This document shows, piece after piece, positions 1 to 12,206 of a stretch of 64,000 nucleotides of DNA; position 1 is the first letter of the stretch, and every line of letters starts with the position of its first letter. The translations under genes were made by a program, and so were the position numbers. The notes beneath the pieces are model-generated. The model searched no databases, had not been told where the DNA came from, and saw only the letters and a program-made list of their open reading frames with translations. The stretch is from Parasitella parasitica NRRL 2501 (taxonomy: Eukaryota > Fungi > Mucoromycota), in the NCBI GenBank assembly GCA_025201805.1, contig MU619263.1, positions 195,715-259,714 on the forward strand, in the 5' to 3' direction.

Positions 1-1756
1 TTACACTCCTAATGAAACTTGTCCTTATTTAACAACCTTGAACAAGAAGCCTCCTACCCTTCCCTCTCCTTTTAATGTACCTCTTTACATTTGGTGTAGA
101 AAAAAAGGCATTATAATGAATCACAAGACAACATATCCTCCCCCTTTTTTTTATTAGAATGAAAACAGCATATGCCTGGACCTACTCAACCTGATGCCCA
201 TAAGAGCAATATGTATATGCTGGTAAATACACAAAAAAAGGCCCGAGTTGCGCTCACGCTTTCATATACACAATACAAAAAATAAAAAGCTAGTAATTAA
301 AAAGATCAAGAAAGATTAAGCCCTAAACATCTTGTTTCCATGTATCCCCTTACATATCTCACACATTTTTCCAATTCTTCATCAGCTTTGTGGTTTACCA
401 AAAGGATGTTCAAATGGCCTCACATCTCATCCCGGTTGAGCATTATAAGGATATCTATCGTTTGATGAAAACAGGGTATTTTTGAAAGGCATTTGAAAGA
501 ATCAGTTTATACAAAAACGAGCTGTTTTTGAATGTACGAAATTCGAATTTTCCAAGTTTTAGTATCCTTAACAACAACCAAAAGAATAAAAGGAGACACA
601 AAGATATCCTACACATGTGGGATTCGTTTTTCGTTTCAAAAAAAAAAACCTTGATTTATCGTTTTGATTGTGTAGTACAACTACAATGAAAGAGTGTCTC
701 TTGCCACCACACATATCAATTTGCGGGCATCCAATGGGCCTTGTTTTATATTATAGATTGTATGTTGTTTGGCCTATGCACCTTTAACAGCAATTTTGGT
801 CGTGTTTACGAAACAATGCAACATTTGGTTGAGGTTTACGTTAAAGTTGACTTGCGAGAGCAAAAAAAGTTTTTAAATCAACTTTTTGAGAAATTATACC
901 AGAACATTACAAAGATGCGTAGTAGACAAACCTCATTAAGTTACCATCAAAAATCAGGCACCAACATTTTTGTTATGCGGAGCTTAGAAGGGCCGGAAAA
1001 ACCAATGATAGATTTGCTTCTGTACATCCATGAAGTTCCCCAAATCATAGTATTGCAATTTTCTCTCGATTAATGGTACTATATCTTAGAAAAATCTTCA
1101 GAACTTTTTTTTTTAACGAAAAAAAAAAAAAAAAACGATACTTGAATATGATTAAACTCTACTCCTTGGAATCATCTAATGCGTTTAGGATGAGTCAGTT
1201 ATTATGTGGATATTATGTTCATGTCCTATTTAATTGCATAGAGATCGACTTTGGCAATACTCGCTTCCCTTGGCTGACAATCTTCTATCAAATTTGATTC
1301 AAGATGTTTATATCCAATCCCGGAATCCTATTTTGTAAATTATTAGGACACCCCTAAACCCGTGATAACACATCTAATCAAGTTTCTTGGTTTAGAAGAT
1401 GATGGTTAATAGTGATATCATCAGATGCGTAAGCTAATCCCTATCTTGATCTTAAATCAAGATTATCATCACAAGTGCTTATGCAAAGAGTATAATATTT
1501 ATATACGGTACATACGTCATGAATAGTTTTATTGTAACACCATCCAGTCAAGTCAATCCGTTATCAGTAGTCAATATGCATACACACGAATACAAATGCT
1601 CCTTTAAATATTATAATTGGACATTATATATTATAACCTAAATATAGCATAAATATCATATTTCTTTATTAACGAGCTTCTGTAAGAAAAAACATAGAGG
1701 GTAACATATAGCTTGTCCTGCTTTCTAAATGATTATATACCGGTATATAAACGAAA

Positions 1757-2119
1757 TCACTTTTTTTTCAGCAACTGAATCAGTTTGCATTGTTCTTCTA
1801 ACAGTTTCTCCAGGCTTAACTCTTGATCTTCTTGTTCATTGTGTAATACATCTTTCAAATACTTGTTTTGAATCATTTTGTACATTGTCTTCGAATTATC
1901 TAGGACTCTGTATAATTCGTCTAGTATTAGGCGTTCCTTGGTATTTTTCGGGATATAATTTGGATTGAAAGCATTGTTTGATGCAGCAGTGATTGGCAAA
2001 GAAGCAGGCGTTATAATGTGTTGTTGTGTTTGATGAATACAATGAGCGGATGAATATGGAGACGGTGGCAGAGACGCTAGTACAGAGGCACAGCGCATTT
2101 GAATTCTGTTAAATATCAT
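1757..2119 (-). CDS. Small hypothetical protein (120 aa) with a predicted C-terminal coiled coil
   Basis: Intact ATG-to-stop ORF with protein-like composition (LPPSPYSS; LSLEKLLEEQCKLIQLLKKK). Divergent from the C2H2 gene. No family recognised. Confidence 0.45.
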   Translation of the reverse strand: MIFNRIQMRCASVLASLPPSPYSSAHCIHQTQQHIITPASLPITAASNNAFNPNYIPKNTKERLILDELYRVLDNSKTMYKMIQNKYLKDVLHNEQEDQELSLEKLLEEQCKLIQLLKKK

Positions 2120-2306
2120 ATTTGTCTAAGAATTAGTAAAAATATAAGAGAAAGAGAGAAGAGCAAGACAACCCTTTCTAATTCTCTTAAATATAAAGGC
2201 ACTTTTCCCATTCTGTGCGCCACCTTGGATCACTTTGCCACAGTCTGCTTGAACCAAATTGCACAGTCCCAAAACTTCAGGTACATTTGAAAGGGTATGT
2301 TATGGC

Positions 2307-2337
<31 letters not shown>

Positions 2338-2453
2338 TGTTTCTACAGGATGAAGGGAAATTTTCCAGATACAAAATTTTTCCTTTTTTTTTATCTTCTT
2401 TCAAAACTAAAATGCTTTTCAAAAAAAACAATCAAGAAGAAACTAAATTTAAT

Positions 2454-3443
2454 ATGGATAAATTACAGCAGTTTAAAAGAAAAAAGAAGAAAGAGATGAA
2501 AGCATTAACCGCAACATCAAATTATATGAAAGGATTTCACATTGAAAATAAGTACATGTCTCTCACTTCTTTTGTGGATGCCATTTATCCGCCAAATCGA
2601 TGCACTCTATGCGATGCAATTCTTTCGTCAAGAATTGAGTCGAATCAGCACTTTAAAGAAAAGCATAAAAACAGCAAATCAAGATATATTTGTATGCATC
2701 CGTATTGCGATTATCGATTTTTAACGCGAGGCGCTCTACGACTTCATATCTCACATGCCCATCTACTAATTCAATCTGAAAAGCCTCTACCCGACTCATT
2801 CCACCAGGAAAATCTTTTCTCAACTGCTACTACAACAACACCATCACCTACATTGTCAGGAATGAGCATGGAGCCAATGTCAACTCCCGCCTCCCCTCCT
2901 CCATCAGTCAACTCACCACCACAATCAGCTCAACCACTGCAATCAGCTCGACCACCTATTCCTCCTACTCCTTCTATATCAGAGCCTATAATTGCAATTA
3001 AAAATGAAAAAATATCGTCCAGGACGTTGCACTCTCTCTCATCTCCATCTTCATCCCCACCTAATCATATAACAACCAAAAAATTATTCACTAGGCAACC
3101 AGCATTTGTTGCTAAGCAACCGACATTTATAGATGATTTGACACCATCACCACCGCCCTCGCCCTTTTCAATGTATCATCCCAAAAAAGACTCGCAAGCA
3201 AGAAAAGCCATTTTATCGAAGAAAGCAGAGCTCTTTTTGAATTCTATTTATCCCCCATTGCAATGTCCAAGCTGTAAACAAACTTTTCCTAGGAAGACAA
3301 ATGTTATCAAACATTTGACAGAGGCTCATGTCGGCCAAGAGCCTTATCGCTGCATTTATCCAAAATGTAACCACCCTAAATTATATACAACTCGGGAAGG
3401 TCTTATTTATCATATAGTGCGTGTTCATGATGTAGAAAAATAA
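2454..3443 (+). CDS. C2H2 zinc-finger protein (4 fingers in two pairs), likely transcription factor
   Basis: CTLC..HFKEKH, CMHPYC..HISHAH, CPSC..HLTEAH and CIYPKC..HIVRVH, with a Pro/Ser-rich linker between the pairs. Start is uncertain (ATG 2454 or 2496); the track's upstream extension runs through poly-A. Confidence 0.85.
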   Translation: MDKLQQFKRKKKKEMKALTATSNYMKGFHIENKYMSLTSFVDAIYPPNRCTLCDAILSSRIESNQHFKEKHKNSKSRYICMHPYCDYRFLTRGALRLHISHAHLLIQSEKPLPDSFHQENLFSTATTTTPSPTLSGMSMEPMSTPASPPPSVNSPPQSAQPLQSARPPIPPTPSISEPIIAIKNEKISSRTLHSLSSPSSSPPNHITTKKLFTRQPAFVAKQPTFIDDLTPSPPPSPFSMYHPKKDSQARKAILSKKAELFLNSIYPPLQCPSCKQTFPRKTNVIKHLTEAHVGQEPYRCIYPKCNHPKLYTTREGLIYHIVRVHDVEK

Positions 3444-3465
3444 AAGCTTTTACTATTGAACTGTC

Positions 3466-3989
3466 TCAAGCTGTCCATTTTAAACATCGAGTTTCTAGAT
3501 GTGTAGACAGGCATTTGGTTGAGCAGTATTTCATTCCGCATTTCAGACATTTATATTCACTTGAATAGCCACAAACGGAGCAAAACTTTCTTGCAGGGTA
3601 TATAGAGGGGCTTACTTGGCAGTTTTGATAGCAATGTGCGGTTACAGGCTAAAGGAGCAGGATCATTACGACAACAGCATCAACTACTAAAAATTGCGAC
3701 TTACACTAGCTTCTAATAACGCATTCAAACTGATTTTGGTAGAGTAAATGTTTTTTGATCTACTTCTTGATTTACGCGTACTCCCTAGCTTTATACATGA
3801 ATGTCAATTCTATCAACCACAGTATTGATACGAACCTTCCTCTTCCTGCGCAGTCAAAGCAGTTGTAACCAAGCCTTCGACGCTACTTATCGAGGTATGG
3901 TTATCCTTTTCCAACGACTCCAATTGGCGTCGCAGATGTCTTGAATGTGCTTCTGGATCATGATGTATGGTTTTAGCTCTTTTTGACAT
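3466..3989 (-). CDS. VPS71: HIT-type zinc finger protein, SWR1/SRCAP complex subunit Vps71/ZNHIT1 (3 exons; absent from ORF track)
   Basis: Hand-spliced: MSKRAK...RRQLESLEKDNH... ends SIYPARKFCSVCGYSSEYKCLKCGMKYCSTKCLSTHLETRCLKWTA*, the ZNHIT1 C-terminal signature. Two GT-AG introns. Confidence 0.93.
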
Positions 3990-4111
3990 TGTAAATATCT
4001 GGAGAAAAAAGAGGCAAAAAAAAAAAAAAAAAAATCGAGAACTGCGGGGATCGAGCTATCGTGCTCCTTGCTTTCCTTTTCATCACTTCACAGTCGACAT
4101 TATTCGCAGTG

Positions 4112-7100
4112 ATGAACCATGAGAGAAAGACTATAGGTCAAGACATGCTTATGGAGACATTTGAAGATGGTTTCGATGATGAAGATGACTTTGGAGACGA
4201 CATTGACATGGAAGAATTAGCTGAAGTAGCAGATACTGTAGAGCAAACGCACGCAGCAGGCCAGATTAGCTTTATTCCCACTGGCGACGATCCATCTCCA
4301 CCACCGTTGCTACCGAGCAATACGCCATGCCCGCATAGTTTCGATTCAGAAGAGCTTAGAACTTGGATCTATCCGACAAACCATCCAATCCGTGGTTACC
4401 AACTTAATATCGTACACAAAGCTATGTTTAATAATACCTTAGTGGCACTGCCTACTGGTTTAGGGAAAACGTTTATCGCTGCAGTCGTCATGTACAATTA
4501 TTGGAGATGGTTTCCAAACTCGAAGATTATCTTTTTGGCACATACAAGGCCTCTGGTCGATCAACAAATCGAAGCTTGTTTCACCATATGTGGCATTCCT
4601 CAAGAAGAGACGGCAGAAATGACAGGCGAATCAAAAGTCGATAAACGCAGAGAATTGTGGAAGTCCAAGCGTGTGTTCTTTGCTACACCTCAAACCGTCC
4701 AAAACGACCTAGTGTCACAAAATTGTCCTGCACATCTCATATCTTGTATTGTATTTGATGAAGCGCACAAGGCTACTGGGAATTATGCATATACAGAAGT
4801 TGTCCGAAGAGTTTATTCGAAAAACAAGCATTTCAGAATATTGGCATTGACAGCTACGCCTGGTAGCAACTTGGATGCTGTGCAGTCTGTCATTACAAAT
4901 TTGCACATTTCCAGGATCGAAATCAGAACAGAGGAATCCATGGATGTCCGCCAATTCACTCACGGCAAGAATACCCAACGCATCGTTGTCAAATTAGGTT
5001 ACACGGAAGGCACAACTGGTATTTTGCCCCGTGTTATTCGTGATTTTGCAGCCAAAGTCTTTGAACCACTGCTGCTTGACTTGTCAAAAAAACCCACTGA
5101 TGTCTCCCCTTCGATTGACCGTGCCTCAGCCTATGGCTTGAGATCTTCACGTCTGCGATTTCAAGAAACTTCAAGAAACCTTCCCAAAAACCTCAGGTAT
5201 TTTGTGACCAATGTATTCCTTGTTGCAGAAGGCGCTAGTCGAGCGTACGATTATCTGTGCCAATTCGGCATTCGTCCTTTTATCGATTCTATTGAAGCGA
5301 TGCTTGCAAGTATCCGCGAAAAAGACGCTACCAGCCAGAGACTAACAGCACCTGAAAGAGCATTTTTAAACCACTCTGCCCTGAATGCTATTTTACAGAT
5401 GGCCAAACAAGAGGCTCGAAAACCTAATTTCATGGGCCATCCCAAGATGGATCATTTGGTATCTATCCTATTAAATCATTTCACTAGCTTGTCAGAAGGT
5501 GAAGTCTCTAAGGTCATGGTTTTCTCCAGTTTTCGTAGTTCAGTATTGGATATTCGCGACGTTTTGGATAGACATAAGCCTATAATTCGAAGCACTATTT
5601 TTGTCGGACAAGCATCAGATAAGCAAGGGACAAAAGGCCTGAACCAAAGGGAGCAACAAGAGGTACGTGCTACTGTTTGGTTCTGCATACATCCATTTAG
5701 ATTGAATAAAACTCTGTCTAGGTTCTTTGTAAATTCAAATCGGACGAATTCAACGTACTCGTAGCAACCAGCATCGGTGAAGAGGGCTTGGATATCGGCG
5801 AGATTGATCTGATTATCTGCTATGATTCCCAGTCTTCCCCTATTCGTATGGTAGGTGTATTTTCCTTGCAGTACTGTAATTCTATACTGGATAGTAAAAA
5901 AGCAATAATTGTATAGCTCCAAAGAATGGGTAGAACTGGCCGCAAAAGACAGGGCAAATGTATCATGCTTCACACTGAATCTGAGGAAAAGAAGTTTAAC
6001 CAAGCCAAGGAAACATATGCTCGCGTACAAGGACTGATTGCCAAAGGAGTGAGCTTAACCTACTACAAACCTGAACCACAAATCTTGCCCGTCAACTACA
6101 AGCCCACCATTTGCCGCAGACAGCTTGTCGTTGGCACTTACCAACGTAAAGCGACCTCAAGAAAACAAAAAAGTGCTAGAAATGTGGACTATACCCTTGA
6201 TGGTTGCCTTCAGCCCGATGTTGAAAAGACATTTATCCAAAACTTCTGCACTCAGCACCAATATTATACTAATCTGGAGCAGATCAGCAACCAGTTCTGG
6301 CCCGCTGAAAAAACCATACGCAGCATCAGTAAATTCGTGCCTTTGCAAGCTCAACTTCAAGCTACACATCGTGTGGGCCATTCCAAAAGAAGCTTGCAGC
6401 TGGCAGATCTTGTGGAGAAAATGGAGCATCGTATCATGCATCCCGACGAAAACATCAGAGTGCATGTACCCAAGCAACAAGCGAAACTCAAGCTCCCATC
6501 AAGGTTTCCAAAGAACACTTTGACGATGCCGACGCCTCGCAAGCGACGCAAAATATCTGACAGATTAGACGATGAAGACTTTCAAGAGTTTATGCAAAAT
6601 AGCCATATTGAACAAATTGTTAATTTACCTGTTGATACAGAACAGCATTATCCACCACCAACAGCACCGCCACCACAAGAAAAAATCGATAAGGGAAAAG
6701 CAAAAATGACATTGAGCCAGGAAATCAAGGAAATGCAAGCTACGACAGATATGGGTCAAGATAACACTGAACAAGACGCAGATCTGCAGTCATGGGATAA
6801 CGAGCCGCGTTCATGGGAGCAAATGCTGCCTGATCATATATTCCATGATCATGATCCGTTGCCTGACTTGAGTCATCAGGCATCGAGTACCTCACCTCCG
6901 TATCCCGGCACCACTCCAGCTAAACTTTCTCCGCCAGCACCATCACCATTACTATCACCAGCAGCCGCAGCACCGCTGCCATTACAACAATCATCGTCAT
7001 TTTTAAGCGAGAATGATTTTGGAGATGATTTTGATTTCTCTCTTGATGCCTCGTTTATTGAACAAGCTGATGCTCTGGTTAAATCTAGGCTTGAGCCTGG

Positions 7101-8751
7101 TTTTGATGATGCTCTTGAACCCAAATTTGATTTTGAAATGGCCAATAATGTGCCTGACAAGAGAAAATCAGTTACGTTGATATGGAAGGGCGATTCTCCG
7201 CCGTTTAGTGAAAAAGGGTTAAAAGTGTTGGAAGAACGCCAGAAGAGGCTAGAAGCAAGAACGGGACATCGAATCGTCATGTATTTCCAAAAGAAGATCC
7301 AGACACACGCCCTTTCTCAACACGCTGCACCTCGGAATACAAAGCCACGAGAGCGTAGTCCAGCTGTGCATGCTTCTTTGGATCATTTTGCGGAAAAAGA
7401 ACAAGAGGATGATGGGTTTGATGACTTGGATTTCAACGACGATTTGTTTGCCAATTTCCTCGAAAACAAAATTGGTGAAGATGGCTATTACGCAGAAAAC
7501 TTTGTGTATGGCCAGGACGAAAAATCTACCCAAAACATTGCAGAAAAATCAATCCTGTACGTGAATCACGCTTCGCACAATAACAAGCAAAATACTATCG
7601 CACAAAACTCCGCCAAATATACGCATGAGGGTTATCCTCTACCGGATAAAGACGTTCAATGCCCCAAGAGAACGCATCAGCGACTTGAAAATATGATGGC
7701 CAACAGCGACGGAATTATCGAGTTTGACGTGGATGAACTAAATGCCTTGTCATCGTCATCCGAAGACGAAGCCAGCAAACCAAAGGCTCCCCCACTTCTT
7801 GTTGCAGACAGCCAAGCATCTGGCGCATTACCTAGACAGCAAAGCGCTTACACAGCGGTGGGTTCGCAAGATGCTATCTCACAAAAGGACATTGATGAAG
7901 AGGATATTGATAAAAGTGAAGAAACAAGCCAGCCAAGCCCTTTGCGTTATAAATCTCGTCGAAATATTATCGTTAGTGAGGATGAACAAGAAAGTCCTAG
8001 CCTACTATCTGCTCTATCCAAAGGATTACACACCCCATCTCCTTTACGACAAGTGAAAAATACTAGCCCTATTGTAGTAAAAAGAAGAAGATTGAAAAGA
8101 CGACTGTTTGAAGATGAAGAGGAGGAAGAAGAGGCTTCAGAGCCTTCCAAAGCGTTAAATGGCAAAGTCAAACAACGGTTCCAAAAAAAAGTTATCAATG
8201 ACGAGGAAGAAGATGAAGATGATTTTATTGTGCTTGCGCCTTCACAGCAAGACTTGCATAGACGCCTTATGCAAAGCAGGAAACCTACAAAGAGACACCA
8301 CAAAATGAGGTATCATAAACCACGACCTCATCTCGAAGGTGGCTTTGAAAATCCTTTTATTGATCACGAAGCCGACTACCCTAGTGATGAAGGCCACACA
8401 GATGAAGATGTGGACGCATTGTTTGATTCGAGCGCCTCGTCATTGATGAACTCATTTATCGACGACGAAGATTCTGGGAGCACAGAACGTGGCAGCTCCT
8501 TATCAATGTCTGATAATGCCCTGCCTTTGTTACCACTCGAACCTGATGATTTGCCACGCAACGAAAAACACTGGATGAACCGGTTTGATGCTGATAAATG
8601 GCTGAACATAAACCAAGAGGAAGACTCTGTTGTGGTAACTGATGAAGAGGGAGAACCAGCAGATGAAGAAAGTGTTCAAGACTTTTCTTCTGATCTGAGA
8701 AATAATACCAATCTTGCAGCTCAAGCCGATGATGGCTATGATTTCATGTAG
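4112..8751 (+). CDS. MPH1: FANCM/Mph1 DEAH-box DNA helicase (3 exons: 4112-5662, 5722-5850, 5917-8751; about 1504 aa)
   Basis: [41 protein letters not shown] and [10 protein letters not shown] motifs. Both GT-AG introns restore the frame. Long acidic disordered C-terminus. Confidence 0.95.
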
Positions 8752-9170
8752 AATCGAATGGTATTCGATCGATTTTACCATGTTTATATATATATCTTGT
8801 TCAATAAACCTACTATGTACATTTATCAATCAAATTATCAACAGAGGTATTTATTGCATAACTTGAGGCGAATCATGCGATTGCCTGATTATATCTTTGA
8901 AAAGCATTCCATGCATTTCAGATTAGGATCTGATAACAGAAGCACGTTTAATCTAAAATCTGATAAGCCTGCAATAGGCTGCTCGCTCATACCTTTTTCG
9001 AATATCAGGTATACACGACAACTGACATATTCGATGATCAAAACTCAACGACAATCTGCCAAGACGGCATGAAAGGTTTTAGAATTTAAGGGAGGGGGGG
9101 GGGCGGGGAGCGGAGGGATATGGTTTGTGATATATTGTCATGCAGAAACATCCGACTGTATATTGGACCT

Positions 9171-9177
9171 CCACGTA
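9171..9177. promoter_or_regulatory. UPRE-like element CCACGTA about 150 bp upstream of ERO1
   Basis: CCACGT core of Hac1/XBP1 sites upstream of a classical UPR target. Short motif, so a chance match is possible. Confidence 0.3.
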
Positions 9178-9322
9178 GTGATCAATTTGTAATCAACTTG
9201 TTTGGTTGTAATGTAATAATTACGGAAACTCAGCGACACATAAAACCACACGCATTATGTATTTATATGATAACCAAAGAGCCGTTTTTTCTCCTTTAAA
9301 TTTTTTTGTTCTTCAAATAATA

Positions 9323-11321
9323 ATGAAATCGTCAAAAGTACTAGCTTGCACGTTCAGCTTGGCTTGTTTTGCTGTGTTGCCCACAATGCAGCACAGTGGC
9401 GCAAAGGGCCCTCAACATCCTTTGCAAGAGCCAGCACCTGTCAGTTTTGTCCAAGATATATTGTCAGGTAGCGATGCAAATGATTACTGTAACGTAAGTT
9501 TTACTGCTTTCCTTCTTTTCCCTACACTTTCTAGTGCTGATACTCGTATATAAAAAAAAAAAAAAAAAATAGCCTCAAGGCCAAATCCGAGACACATGCT
9601 GCGACTACCAAAGCATAGAGACTATCCAGAGCGATGTATTTCAAAAGATTCAAAACTTGGTTCGCAGTAAATTCTTTCGGTATTACAGAGTAAGCTTTAT
9701 GTTCCTATTATTTTTTGTTTTTTTCCTCTTCACTCAACTAGTTTTCCACATAGGCTGATCTTTGGAAAGAATGTCCGTTTTGGAACGAGGAGGCTCTTTG
9801 TACGAATCGCGATTGCTCTGTTGCCACTATCGATGAGGTAGAACGAGAATGCTTCCAGAAAAAAAAAAGGAAGAAAATAAGCTGATGGTTTTTGTAGAAC
9901 GTTTTGCCTGTTGATTGGAGAAAAGCTGCGTTAAGCGCAATTCATTTGTCTCCCAAGGGATCTGTAGGTAGCGAACTGCGTGTATCCAAAAATGCCGGCT
10001 AATGCGTCTATAAATACAGCTGTTCCAGCCATTTAAACAATGCACATATAAAGATCAAGATTTTTGTCTTGTCGATGATCTGATAGATTCAGACAGTGTT
10101 GTATATATCGATTTAACCGAGAATCCTGAACGTTTTACTGGATATGCTGGCCCATCATCCGGAAGAGTTTGGAAAGCCATTTACGAAGAAAACTGCTTTG
10201 ATATCGTTCATCAAATGACAGAAGGATGCGAGACCTGCAATAACATTATGAATCTGGGGAACGCCAAAGCGAACCCATTGAAGGAGGCTGCAGCAAAGCA
10301 ATCGTTATTAAAGAAACCAGATTCACCATTTGCTCATGTTCCCTTGGATAAAGCTGAACTGCATCAATTTCTGCAAGATTTGGCGGAGGAAGCTGATGGA
10401 GGAAATGACAGTAATGATGAAGTCTGTCTGGAAAAGAGAGTCTATTATCGCTTAATCTCTGGTTTGCATTCGTCTATTTCTATTCATATTTGTCATGAAT
10501 GGTTTGACAGAGAAGCAGGTATTTGGGGACCCAACCTGGACTGTTTTGTTAATCGTATAGGATCTCATCCTGAACGTCTTCAAAATGTTTACTTTACCTA
10601 CGCGCTATTGTTGCGAGCTGTGAATAAGGTTGGCCCTTACCTCGATAGATACGAATACCGAACTGGCAGCATTCAAGAGGATGAAAACACAAGATTAATG
10701 GTGAAAGATTTTATAAAGAGCACTGATTCTTGCCCATCTACCTTTGATGAAAACTCAATGTTCAAGGGCTCAGAAGCTCAGGCGCTCAAGACAGAATTCA
10801 AGGACCATTTCCGCAATGTCTCCAAGATTATGGATTGTGTTGGATGTGAAAAATGCAGACTGTGGGGCAAGCTTCAGACTGTTGGATTGGGAACCGCATT
10901 GAAAGTGCTGTTTTCGTATGAGGATAAATCCCTAGAGTAAGTAACTTTTCGCTTTATGATTTCTTCTATAAGCTTTTACCAAGTGTATATATAATATTAG
11001 TCCTGTGAAAAATCCCGATCTTTTCGAAAGAGGCGAAATCGTAGCTCTCTTCAATACTTTTAATCGATTCTCTGAAAGTGTGGATGCTATCAAAACGTTC
11101 AGAGCCATGTACGCTGAGAAAATGTCGCCCAAGGTTTGTATATGTTACTGTATTGATGCACTAGAATCAGGCAAACTCATTTGCATTGACAGGAACTGTC
11201 TTTCATGGATAAAACCAAGCAACATGTACACCAAATACTGGTTGGATTACTGACGCAACTTAAAAACTGGAGTATACCCATCCCTCAGTTTATTGAGGCT
11301 TTGATTTTAAAAAGACTTTAG
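9323..11321 (+). CDS. ERO1: Endoplasmic reticulum oxidoreductin Ero1 (7 exons)
   Basis: Signal peptide; FFRYYR/DLWKECPFW; ENPERFTGYAG; CLEKRVYYRLISGLHSSISIH; RNVSKIMDCVGCEKCRLWGKLQ (CxxCxxC active site). Confidence 0.95.
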
Positions 11322-12206
11322 AATTTGCTGTATATGCATATCTAGCTCAAGCCAAAAACGCTGCTTATAACATCAGAAAGCACGTTGTTTTAAGCTATGT
11401 CTGCACACAAAATAAATAGATATGAACGCTATATTATTTAGATCAAGGCTATATGACAATTTGTCATTGAATAATGGCTTGCATATAAATTCAATAAATT
11501 CAATACAAAAATACTAAAACATTTCTGGCGGGTACCGTTTAAAAATACAAAACAAGATTTGAGTTCTTTATGAAATGAAAGCACGCCGAGAGAACGATAC
11601 AGGTCATTTTGTTCAAGGCTATCAAAATAGAGTGCTAGAGGAGATGGCTTTAATTTCAAGTTTTGCATAATATTATAGTATATGTTTGTCAACATGATTT
11701 AGTTCACACAGTTAGTTTTTGCATAGTATAGCCTATCCATTTTGACGCTCTTATGATTACACTACGATGGCTAGTAAGAATTTTTATTTTATTCAAGCAT
11801 TGTAAAAAATCATCCCAAGCCCTTGTATACCCTCGTCCATCCCAAAACCGACCTTCTAACATGCAACAATATAGAGATGCAATCAAATTAAATCTTTTAA
11901 AGGGCATACCAATAGTTTTTTATTTTTATTTTATTTCATCAATTGATAGAATCAACAGATGTACATTTATAGGTATTTTTCTCGCAAAATGAAAATAAAT
12001 GTATCCTTTAATATTTGGAAAATTGAAATTTTCGATCAAGATTGATCGAATACAAATTAGTAGAAAAAAAGAGTTGATTGATACCCTTCTTATTTTTGAT
12101 GAGCATAGCATGTAAAATAGGAGTCCTCATCAACGATCTTGTTGAATAAAAAGTGTAGGAAAAAACGAGATAGGGTCAAGTTTATTTTATTAAAGTCTAA
12201 GTCCAA

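Noticed and set aside
1-1700. Short ORFs 741-1073 and 1073-1297 and protein-like minus-strand fragments
   Set aside because: No recognisable motif, non-ATG start or poly-A-derived residues. Could be decayed sequence, but I cannot support a call.
11438-12150. Consecutive minus-strand ORF fragments between ERO1 and RSAD1 (possible transposon relic)
   Set aside because: No terminal repeats, target-site duplication or convincing transposase/RT motif. Needs a TE-library search.
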